From Chloroflexi bacterium HGW-Chloroflexi-2 (lineage in GTDB: Bacteria; Chloroflexota; Anaerolineae; Anaerolineales; Anaerolineaceae): a stretch of DNA of 64,000 bases. Of this stretch, positions 19,638 to 28,283 are shown in pieces (position 1 is the stretch's first letter; every line of letters starts with the position of its first letter). The DNA lies in assembly GCA_002840735.1 (NCBI GenBank), contig PHBY01000003.1:186734-250733 (forward strand). The letters run 5' to 3'. The notes under the pieces were generated by a model that worked only from the letters and a program-made list of their open reading frames with translations, was not told where the DNA came from and did not search any database. A program made the translations under genes and the position numbers.

Positions 19638-20501
19638 ATGTCTCACAAGATTGATCTCGGTGTCATTGGAGGAACAGGTATTTATCAAATGGAAGGTGTT
19701 TCTATTGTTGAAGATCTGGTGGTAGAGACTCCGTATGGTCCACCCAGTTCACCGATCTTCATCGCTGATGTAGAAGGGAAAACGATTGCTTTTTTAGCAC
19801 GACATGGTATCGGACACCGAATCCCTCCTTCAGAAATTAATAATCGGGCGAATATCTTTGCTTTAAAGAAATTAGGGATCAAAAGCGTGGTTGCGATTTC
19901 TGCCTGTGGATCATTACGTGAAGATTTCGCCCCTGGTGATATTGTGATACCAGATCAAATTGTTGATTTCACGAAAGACCGTGTGAGAACTTTTTTTGAG
20001 ACAGGATTGGTAACTCATGTAAGTACTGCAGATCCATTCTGTCCACATCTATCACAATTATTGTACGAATCTGTCGTAGAGACAGGGGCGAAAGTCCACA
20101 AAGGCGGTTCGTTCGTAACAATTGAAGGACCCAGATTTTCAACCAAAGCAGAATCAAATTTGTTCCGTTCTTGGGGAATGTCTATCATTGGAATGACCAC
20201 CTCTCCTGAGATTTTTCTTGCGCGTGAAGCTGAGATGTGTTATGCAGCCTTCGCCCACGTAACAGATTACGATGTCTGGCATGTTCATGAAGAATCAGTT
20301 ACTGTTGAGATGATCCTAAAAGTTCTCAAGAAAAATGGTCAGATAGCCAATGAATCAGTGCTTAACCTCATCAAAAAACATGAATCATATGATTGTGATT
20401 GTCAGCATGCGCTGGCCAGTGCTATAACCACCCATCCAGATTATGTGGATTCCAGTCAAAAAGAAAAACTCAGCATTTTCATTAATAAATATTTACAGTG
20501 A
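19638..20501 (+). CDS. mtnP: S-methyl-5'-thioadenosine phosphorylase
   Basis: GVIGGTGIY N-terminus, ARHG.GH, GMTTSPE and the overall PNP/MTAP family-2 pattern. Confidence 0.85.
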   Translation: MSHKIDLGVIGGTGIYQMEGVSIVEDLVVETPYGPPSSPIFIADVEGKTIAFLARHGIGHRIPPSEINNRANIFALKKLGIKSVVAISACGSLREDFAPGDIVIPDQIVDFTKDRVRTFFETGLVTHVSTADPFCPHLSQLLYESVVETGAKVHKGGSFVTIEGPRFSTKAESNLFRSWGMSIIGMTTSPEIFLAREAEMCYAAFAHVTDYDVWHVHEESVTVEMILKVLKKNGQIANESVLNLIKKHESYDCDCQHALASAITTHPDYVDSSQKEKLSIFINKYLQ

Positions 20502-23101
20502 ATCAAATCAAAAATCTTTTCTTCAATGATAGAGATCGACTTCAATTAAACCTCTTTATTCTGGGTGGTTCAATCCTTTTTCTATACAGCACTATACTCA
20601 CATTTGCACCTGTTATTCGCACATTAAGCTGGCAAAACTCAGTCAAATGGGAACAATGGGTTGGATTCGTGGTATGGCTCATCCTCAGTATTTTGATTCA
20701 TAAATCCAGTATCCGTTTCTTGCCCAATCGGGATCCATATATCTTACCAATTGTTTATATGTTGACCGGAATTGGAATGCTTACCATCTTCCGTCTTTCA
20801 ATATCCTTTGGATGGCGTCAATTAATCTGGTTTAGTTTAAGTTCTTTGGTTTTGTTTTTTGGCGTCAAATTTCCTTCAATTATCAACCTGCTGCGACGCT
20901 ACAAATATATTTGGCTCTCTTTAGGATTGCTGGTTACTGTATTAACATTCTTTTTTGGGATTTACCCTGGTGGAGAAGGTCCACGTCTCTGGTTGGGATG
21001 CTGTGGAATATACTTCCAACCTTCCGAACCATTAAAACTATTGTTTATTATCTTTCTTTCAGCATTTTTTGCGGATAACTGGGCATTACGAAAGAATTTA
21101 TCTGTCTTGATCATTCCTTCGTTGGTCATTGTGATCGCTGCCATTCTGATACTTTTTGCCCAACGGGACCTCGGGACAGCATCCATTTTTCTCATTATTT
21201 ATGCATTTTTTATCTTTATCGTATCCGGAAAAAAACGCTCTGTTTTCATTTTTTTGACAATCATTGTCATAGCAGGATACTTTGGATACCAGAATTTTGG
21301 TGTCATCCAGATCCGAATTGATGGCTGGTTAAATCCTTGGGTGGATGCATCCGGAGGCTCATATCAGATCATTCAATCCATTCAGGCAATTGCTGCAGGC
21401 CGTATTTTGGGAACAGGGCCAGGATTGGGCAGTCCAGGAATAGTCCCGGTTGCGATTTCGGATTTTATTTTTGCTGCTGTCAGTGAAGAATTAGGTTTGT
21501 TTGGCAGTCTCTTTATCATTAGTTTATTTGCATTTCTTGCCTTTAGAGGTTTCTCAATCGCCATTAAGGGAAGAAATCAATATCAAAGGTTGTTGGCATC
21601 AGGAATCACTGTATTTCTGTCAATCCAATCGATTCTCATAATCGGAGGAAATACAAGATTTTTGCCCCTAACAGGTGTTACACTGCCATTTATGTCCTAT
21701 GGAGGTTCCTCTCTACTTACCGTTTATATAGCCATTCTCATTTTACTCTGGATCAGTCAAAGTCAAACCTCACGAGCTGTCGTTCAGGATGAAGCCAAAC
21801 CTTATATTTTCACGTATTCTTTGATTGTGTTCAGTTTTATATTTATCGCGTTGATCACAGCCTATTGGGCAACCATACGCTCAGATGGTTTACTGTCGAG
21901 AACCGACAACTTACGGAAAATTATTAATGATCGTTTTGTTCCCCGTGGAGATTTGCTGGACCGACAAAACAATCCAATTTTAATTACCACTGGTGATCGT
22001 GGATCATTTGAACGCTTGTTACAGGAGCCTTCCCTATCTACAACGGTGGGGTATAGCCACCCATTTTTAGGGCAGAGTGGTTTAGAAGCCAGTATGGATA
22101 CTTATCTGCGTGGATTAGCCGGGGTGCCTACTTCAAATATCTGGTGGAATGAATTGCTTTATGCCCGTCCTCCGGATGGCAGGGATATCAGAACGACCAT
22201 TGATCTGAATAGGCAACGACAATTAGTTAATACACTCCAGGATTATCATGGAGCAGCCGTGATCATGAATGCAAAAACAGGGGAGATTTTAGGGTTATGG
22301 TCATCTCCCAGTTACAATCCTGCTCAATTGGATGATGCGTGGGGTGAATTATCGATTGATGAAAATGCTCCGTTGATTAATCGTGTTGCGCAAGGAAAAT
22401 ATGAAATTGGAGAGTTATCAGGTTTATTTTTATATTCATATTTAATCGAAAATTCTACCGAAATTGAGGATGAAAATTTCTTCGAAACAGGAAATTGTGC
22501 AATTCCACTAAGTAATCTTGAAAGAAACAACCTGAAAATTGCCTTGATGAGTGGGTGTGAAAATGCCAATTTATTCCTGAATTCGTTGATTGAGGTGGGA
22601 AAAGAAAATGAAATAATTCGAAAATTTGGTTGGAATGAAAATTATTCATTCGAACTTCCTTTTGAACCAGTTGCTTTAATGGCTCATGAATCGCAACTGT
22701 CCTTTGGTTCTACTTTATTATCTCCCCTTCAAGTTGCCAGGTCAGTCTCTGCTTTTTCAAACGCAGGTGAAATACCCTACCCCAGATTAACATTGGCAGT
22801 AAATACACCTCAACAGAATTGGGTGATATTCTCTGCTAAAGAGCCAATTCGAATAATTGACACATTTTCTGCAAATCAGACAGCTAAATTTTTCAGTCGC
22901 AAAGATTATCCTGCCTGGGAAATAACCTCATCAAATGGCTCAGGTGAGAATCCAATTCACTGGTATGTAACGGGGACGATGCCAGACTGGCAAGCAACAC
23001 CACTGGTTTTTGTATTAACGCTCGAGAATGGCTCATCACAGGAAGCAAGAGAACTTGGACGTCAGATCATGGAACAAATTCTTACATCGGGGAGTAAGTA
23101 A
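20498..23101 (+). CDS. Fusion protein: SEDS glycosyltransferase (RodA/FtsW) plus class-B PBP-like domain with degenerate transpeptidase motifs
   Basis: GTG start overlapping the mtnP stop (GTGA). SEDS motifs are QPSEPLKL and PVAISDFIFAAVSEELGLFG. After a TM linker comes a PBP dimer/pedestal-like region (PRGDLLDRQNNPI) and a transpeptidase-like region (AAVIMNAKTGEILGLWSSPSYNP, INRVAQGKY). The SxxK, SxN and KTG motifs are not canonical. Confidence 0.85.
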   Translation: MNQIKNLFFNDRDRLQLNLFILGGSILFLYSTILTFAPVIRTLSWQNSVKWEQWVGFVVWLILSILIHKSSIRFLPNRDPYILPIVYMLTGIGMLTIFRLSISFGWRQLIWFSLSSLVLFFGVKFPSIINLLRRYKYIWLSLGLLVTVLTFFFGIYPGGEGPRLWLGCCGIYFQPSEPLKLLFIIFLSAFFADNWALRKNLSVLIIPSLVIVIAAILILFAQRDLGTASIFLIIYAFFIFIVSGKKRSVFIFLTIIVIAGYFGYQNFGVIQIRIDGWLNPWVDASGGSYQIIQSIQAIAAGRILGTGPGLGSPGIVPVAISDFIFAAVSEELGLFGSLFIISLFAFLAFRGFSIAIKGRNQYQRLLASGITVFLSIQSILIIGGNTRFLPLTGVTLPFMSYGGSSLLTVYIAILILLWISQSQTSRAVVQDEAKPYIFTYSLIVFSFIFIALITAYWATIRSDGLLSRTDNLRKIINDRFVPRGDLLDRQNNPILITTGDRGSFERLLQEPSLSTTVGYSHPFLGQSGLEASMDTYLRGLAGVPTSNIWWNELLYARPPDGRDIRTTIDLNRQRQLVNTLQDYHGAAVIMNAKTGEILGLWSSPSYNPAQLDDAWGELSIDENAPLINRVAQGKYEIGELSGLFLYSYLIENSTEIEDENFFETGNCAIPLSNLERNNLKIALMSGCENANLFLNSLIEVGKENEIIRKFGWNENYSFELPFEPVALMAHESQLSFGSTLLSPLQVARSVSAFSNAGEIPYPRLTLAVNTPQQNWVIFSAKEPIRIIDTFSANQTAKFFSRKDYPAWEITSSNGSGENPIHWYVTGTMPDWQATPLVFVLTLENGSSQEARELGRQIMEQILTSGSK

Positions 23102-23218
23102 TCTCGAGAATTTTGAGTTCAACGAAAACTAGTTATCTGTCAAAAATGAAACTGATAATTGGCATGAAAATTCTTCCTTTAGAAAGAAAATCATCCAAGT
23201 AGCAAGTTCATGTATTAG

Positions 23219-24379
23219 AAGAACTTTGTTAAACTCACCTCTAAAGAACGAACCTAACTCGAAAAACTTGTTTCATCAGGGAATGCCCCAGCCAGGAAAC
23301 ACCGCCGTGCGAGAATATTGCTCAAGTCGGATTGCGAGGAAGGCAGTCCTAATTGGACGTATGCGGAAATATGCAAAGCGTTTGATATCAATCCACTTAC
23401 AGTGACCAATGTGCGTAAAGCATTCACTGAAAGAGGGTTAGCAGAATCAATAATCCGTAAAAAACCTGATCGTGAGTACCAGCACCGACTGGATGGGAAT
23501 GTGGAAGCTCATCTCATTGCTTTAGCATGCGGAGAAGCGTCAGAAGGATATGAGCGGTGGTCGTTATGCCTTTTACAAGAGCGGTTTATAAAGCTGGAGA
23601 TTATTGAATGCGTTTCGCATGATACCATTAGTACCACGCTCAAAAAAACGAACGTAAACCTTGGTTGAAAGGGGAATGTTCATTCCCCCTAAAGCGAATG
23701 CAGCGTTTGTCTGCAATATGGAAGATGTTTTAGAAGTGTATATCCGAACCTATGATCCAAAACAACCACAAATCTGTATGGATGAAACCTGTAAGCAGTT
23801 GTTGGCAGATCTTCAAACACCATTACCATTACAAACTGGACAACCACAGCGGTTCGATTACGAGTACGAACTAGAAGGAGTAGCTGACCTGTTTATGTTC
23901 TTTGAACCTTAAGCAGGGAAGCGGTATGTGAAAGTAACGCCACGACGAACCAATCGAGATTGGGCGATTGCAATGCTGAACTTTTGGATAATATTTATCC
24001 TCTAGCTGAGGTCACTGATGTGGTGATGGACAATCTAAATACCCACTCTCCCAGTTCTTTCCATGAAACATTTGAACCAGAGGAAGCCCGAAGATTAGTA
24101 AATCGGTTTGAATTTCATTACACACCGAAACACGGCAGTTAGCTCAACATGGCTGAAATTGAACCGAGCATTTTGACCTGGCAAGGTCTCAATCGTCGTA
24201 TTTCAGACATGACTGCTTTGAAACGGGAAGTAAAAGTCTGGAAAGATGAACGAAATGCTAAAAATGTGAAGGTTGATTGGCGATTTACGACGTCTGATGC
24301 TCGTATTAAATTGAGGCATCTCTACGCAGTAATTCAGGAAGGGTTATCTGGTGGAAGAATTAGTTGCTTGAAGTTTTAA
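23219..24379 (+). pseudogene. Decayed IS630-family (DDE) transposase
   Basis: Four ORF fragments plus upstream sequence together rebuild an IS630-type transposase: LTSKERT*LEKLVSSGNAPARKHRRARILL..., ...VVMDNLNTHSP..., FHYTPKHGS*LNMAEIE..., DWRFTTSDARIKL. It is interrupted by in-frame stops (about 23255, 23910, 24140) and frameshifts (about 23665 and 23970). No start codon is retained. Confidence 0.8.
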
Positions 24380-24425
24380 TATCCAGGTTCCATTGAATTT
24401 GAATACTGTGTTAGCCCGTTTCTGG

Positions 24426-25013
24426 CTAGGGAAGTGGGCTTTCTGCCAGCATGAATCGGATTGATAATTCTTGAAATGCCAACTTTTTTGGTGTGTTGTT
24501 GATCAACGCCATTATTCTTGTTACACACTCATTAACATCGAGAACGGAAGTGTCTACTTCGAGATCATATAAACCATGACTGTGGACACTTTCGAATTGA
24601 TACTGAGCAGTACCAATATTTCGGTCGCCCCGCTCTTTTTCACGTTGTTCTGCTATTCTTAATGGACATCTCACGCCTACAAAAAGAACATCCAAATCTT
24701 TCCAATTCTCGACACATTCTTTCAGCCACCCATTTTCCTGTAATACATGGTCAACAAGCACGTTATTGCCTGATTGTGCCAAAGATGCAACACACTTATG
24801 TAAACCAGATACCACAGTAGGAATAAGATGGGAAAGAATTATGGCCTCATCCTGATTTGTTGGGTTTAGGTATTTTTCAGGATACATATGAAAAAAGTCA
24901 TCTACTGAAACATACATATAAGGTTCTTCCAATTTATCTTGTAGAGCCTTGGCAATCGTGGTTTTTCCAGAACTCGATGTTCCATTTAGAAAAATAACAA
25001 GTCCTTTTTTCAT
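24426..25013 (-). CDS. Chloramphenicol-phosphotransferase-like (CPT family) P-loop kinase
   Basis: P-loop LNGTSSSGKTT and a block LDVLFVGVRCPLRIAEQREKERGDRNIGTAQYQFESVHSHGLYDLEVDTS that closely parallels Streptomyces venezuelae CPT as I recall it (LDVLWVGVRC...RGDR...YDVEVDTT). Confidence 0.75.
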   Translation of the reverse strand: MKKGLVIFLNGTSSSGKTTIAKALQDKLEEPYMYVSVDDFFHMYPEKYLNPTNQDEAIILSHLIPTVVSGLHKCVASLAQSGNNVLVDHVLQENGWLKECVENWKDLDVLFVGVRCPLRIAEQREKERGDRNIGTAQYQFESVHSHGLYDLEVDTSVLDVNECVTRIMALINNTPKKLAFQELSIRFMLAESPLP

Positions 25014-25197
25014 GTTTTACCTTTTTTCTGGTACATCCGTGATTTTTACTTCTCTGAATCCATTATAGACTACATTCAAAAATATATCTTGTTTGGCCAA
25101 CATCCTTTATTTCGCCTAAAATGCTGATTTTTCACGAATAGGTCGGTCGATTGCAGCTTACTTCATCCTGAATATGAAAATGACTCTTGACAGACTA

Positions 25198-26481
25198 CTA
25201 GGCAACTTTTACCAGATGATAATTCTTGCGACCTTTTCTGAGAATTAAGTAGCGATTTTCTATCAAAGCATCGGTTTTGATCAATTGATCAACCTCGGTT
25301 ACACGATTATTGTTAAGGTTAATTCCACCTTCCAGAATCAACCTTCTTGCCTCACCTTTAGATTTAGCAACACCACATTCAACCAGTAAATCAATAATGA
25401 ATTTTCCATCCACTTCAAAGTCGGTTCTGGAAAGTTGAGTGGATTGCACATCTGCAAAAATTTCTTCAATATCTGAACCTGTCAATCCTTCTAAGCTGCC
25501 ACCAAATAATACCTGCGTAGCCTGTTCTGCTCTACTCAATGCCGTTTCGCCATGAACAATGCAGGTTATTTCTTTTGCAAGCCTCTTTTGTGCTACTCTT
25601 TCCTCTGGGCGTTCTGAAACAGAAAATTCCAATTCATCAATGACATCTTTAGATAAAAATGTGAAATACTTCAGGTAATTAATGACATCTTTGTCATCCG
25701 TATTCAGCCAGAATTGAAAGAATTTATAAGGTGATGTCCTTTCAGGTTTTAGCCAGACAGAACCAGATTCAGTTTTACCAAATTTTGTGCCATCCGATTT
25801 CGTAATCAAAGGATACACCATGCCATAAACTGAATGACCGGTTATTCGGCGCACTAATTCTCCCCCAGCGGTAATATTTCCCCATTGGTCACTTCCACCT
25901 GTCTGCAAAATACAATTTTCATGCTGATGTAGATGCAGATAATCATAAGATTGTAGTAGCATGTAGCTGAATTCTGTATAAGAGATTCCCTCCTCACGAT
26001 CAATTCTCGATTTAACTGAGTCTTTCGCCAGCATATAATTGATCGTGAAATGCTTTCCGATATCTCGCAGGAACTCGATCAAATTTAACTTCATTAACCA
26101 GGATGCATTATTCAGTACCCGGGCAGGGTTCGCCTTGACTTTAAAATCAAGGAAATGTGCTAATTGTTGTTTGATGGACTCAACGTTTTCTTCGATGATT
26201 TGGTGGCTCAATAATTGTCTTTCTGAAGACTTGCCACTCGGGTCACCAATCATACTCGTTCCACCACCTGCTAATGCAATTGGATGATGCCCAAAGCGTT
26301 GCAATCGGGCTAATGCCAGTAAAGGAACCATATGTCCAACATGCAGACTGTCGGCTGTAGCATCGAAACCATTATAAACAGTAACCTTTTTCTCTCCTAA
26401 AATGTTGTCAATTCCATCGACGTAGTCAAAAATCATTCCTCGCCATTTTAGTTCGTCAAAAGCATTGTTTATGATTGTCAT
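25198..26481 (-). CDS. tyrS: Tyrosine--tRNA ligase
   Basis: HIGH-type motif LHVGH, KMSKS-type motif KFGKT, and a C-terminal S4 domain. Confidence 0.95.
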   Translation of the reverse strand: MTIINNAFDELKWRGMIFDYVDGIDNILGEKKVTVYNGFDATADSLHVGHMVPLLALARLQRFGHHPIALAGGGTSMIGDPSGKSSERQLLSHQIIEENVESIKQQLAHFLDFKVKANPARVLNNASWLMKLNLIEFLRDIGKHFTINYMLAKDSVKSRIDREEGISYTEFSYMLLQSYDYLHLHQHENCILQTGGSDQWGNITAGGELVRRITGHSVYGMVYPLITKSDGTKFGKTESGSVWLKPERTSPYKFFQFWLNTDDKDVINYLKYFTFLSKDVIDELEFSVSERPEERVAQKRLAKEITCIVHGETALSRAEQATQVLFGGSLEGLTGSDIEEIFADVQSTQLSRTDFEVDGKFIIDLLVECGVAKSKGEARRLILEGGINLNNNRVTEVDQLIKTDALIENRYLILRKGRKNYHLVKVA

Positions 26482-26614
26482 TAATCGATACCACCTTTCG
26501 TGTTAAGTAATCGCAATTCTAACATGAATCAATTGAAGATTATGGAATCATATGTGGATGCTGGATCACATGGTTAATTAAACATGGCAATGTCAGGGAA
26601 TTAAATTTATTCCC

Positions 26615-27523
26615 TTAATGATTGTAAATACTTCTTAATGCGCTTTCTAAATCTGGGTATTTAAATTGGAAGCCATGCTCCAGGAGTTTTCTGGGGTAGA
26701 CATTTTGTCCATCAAGCACAAGTTCGCTTTTTTCACCCAATACTAATTTTAATCCAAAAGCTGGAACAGGAAACCAGTATGGTCTTCGCATCACTTTTCC
26801 GACAACCTTGCCGAAATCTTTATTGGGATAGGATGTGGGTGCAGTAAGATTAACCGCACCACTCAATTTGGGATTGCGCATCACAAAATCAATTGCCCGA
26901 ACATCATCCTGCAGATGGATCCAGGATACATATTGACGCCCACTTCCAAGTGGTCCTCCAGCAAATAATTTGAAGGGTAATACCATCAAAGGTAACGCAC
27001 CAGATTTGGCATCCAGTACGATTCCCATTCGAATGATCACACGTCGAATACCAACAGCATCCAATACACCTGAAGAGTTTTCCCATTTTTGAGCTACATC
27101 CGCCTGGAATCCTTTTCCATTAGGTGAAGATTCATCGAATGTTTCATCCAGACTGCTACCGTAATATCCCACAGCGGATGCCTGAATAAACACATCGGGT
27201 TTATCCCCAGAATCTATGATTGCTTTGGACAGTGCATTTCCAGCTTGAACTCTTGAACTGATAATCCGTTCTTTTTTTGCTTTTGTCCAATTACCATTAC
27301 CAATATTGTCACCGGCTAAATTGATGACAGCATTGATATCCTTAAGAAAAGGAATTAATGGCTCAGAAGACCTGGCATCCCATTCAATATATTTTTTTGA
27401 ATCGGAATCTTCTTGTCCATCCTTACTTCGAGTTAACACAAGAACTTGATCACCTGTTTTAATCAAATTCTTTATGAGAGCTTTGCCAATAAGTCCAGTA
27501 CCACCGGAGATAAGAATTTTCAT
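26615..27523 (-). CDS. TIGR01777/YfcH-family NAD-dependent epimerase-like protein (with DUF1731 C-terminus)
   Basis: N-terminal Rossmann motif ILISGGTGLIGKAL and conserved C-terminal LEHGFQFKYPDLESAL. Confidence 0.8.
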   Translation of the reverse strand: MKILISGGTGLIGKALIKNLIKTGDQVLVLTRSKDGQEDSDSKKYIEWDARSSEPLIPFLKDINAVINLAGDNIGNGNWTKAKKERIISSRVQAGNALSKAIIDSGDKPDVFIQASAVGYYGSSLDETFDESSPNGKGFQADVAQKWENSSGVLDAVGIRRVIIRMGIVLDAKSGALPLMVLPFKLFAGGPLGSGRQYVSWIHLQDDVRAIDFVMRNPKLSGAVNLTAPTSYPNKDFGKVVGKVMRRPYWFPVPAFGLKLVLGEKSELVLDGQNVYPRKLLEHGFQFKYPDLESALRSIYNH

Positions 27524-27774
27524 AATATTTCCCTCATTTCAAATCAATGATTTGTTATTAAGTCAATATCAAAATAACATCAACTTTATTTGTTTAACAA
27601 GCTTTTACAGAATTTTAACAATTTAATAATAGAAGCACTCAAACTCATTATCACATTAATTGTATAGTTATCAGGCACTACGTACAATGAACAAACTAAA
27701 ATTCATTGTCATGATAAATGACTTATGCTTGTGAATCAAAAACTTTAGAATCTGCTATAATTTCTCAAAGTACT

Positions 27775-28278
27775 ATGTCTGATCAAGTTCTTGTGCTCAA
27801 TGCAAATTTTGAACCCATTAATATCTGTGACTTAAAGCGCGCCTTTGGTCTGATACTCACAGAAAAAGCGACGTTGGTAAGTAATGGGCGTGGTTATTTC
27901 TACAGTATCAACCAAAAATTTCCGATTCCATCCGTTATCCGACTCCAAAGGATGATCCATCGACCAAGAGCGCAGGTTCATCTTACCCGCAAAGAAATAT
28001 TCCGGCGAGACCATTACACTTGCCAATATTGTGGTCATCATTCCTCAAATCTCACCATCGATCACGTAATCCCTAAACGACTGGGAGGTGAATTCTCCTG
28101 GGAAAATCTGGTTACTGCCTGTTCTGTGTGTAATCATAAAAAGGGTGGCAGAACGGTTCATGATGCTGGTATGAAATTATTGCGGATTCCCAAACCCCCA
28201 CCAGCGAATGCAATGTATATTTTCGCAAGAAATAACTTCACAGATGAAGAATGGCTACCTTTCCTACAGGGATGGTAG
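27775..28278 (+). CDS. HNH endonuclease
   Basis: CQYCG ... LTIDHVIPKRLGG ... NLVTACSVCNHKKG (HNH with two CxxC zinc knuckles). Homologues usually start near VLVLNANFEP, so I prefer the ATG at 27775. The track start at 27718 stays possible. Confidence 0.75.
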   Translation: MSDQVLVLNANFEPINICDLKRAFGLILTEKATLVSNGRGYFYSINQKFPIPSVIRLQRMIHRPRAQVHLTRKEIFRRDHYTCQYCGHHSSNLTIDHVIPKRLGGEFSWENLVTACSVCNHKKGGRTVHDAGMKLLRIPKPPPANAMYIFARNNFTDEEWLPFLQGW

Positions 28279-28283
28279 TGTCT

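Noticed and set aside
23131-24362. An attempt to define IS630 terminal inverted repeats and a TA target duplication.
   Set aside because: Only short matches of 8-9 nt were found, which is consistent with chance in AT-rich DNA. The element is too decayed to delimit by eye, so I report only the transposase pseudogene.
26482-26614. A possible T-box upstream of tyrS. On the minus strand, GGUGGUAUCG (26486..26495) differs by one base from the T-box core GGUGGUACCG.
   Set aside because: The match sits only 4 nt from the ATG and reads better as the Shine-Dalgarno sequence (AAAGGUGG). The leader is only about 130 nt. I found no AG bulge, distal-loop, F-box or specifier-loop elements and no terminator or sequestrator helix. 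A cmscan with RF00230 would settle it.
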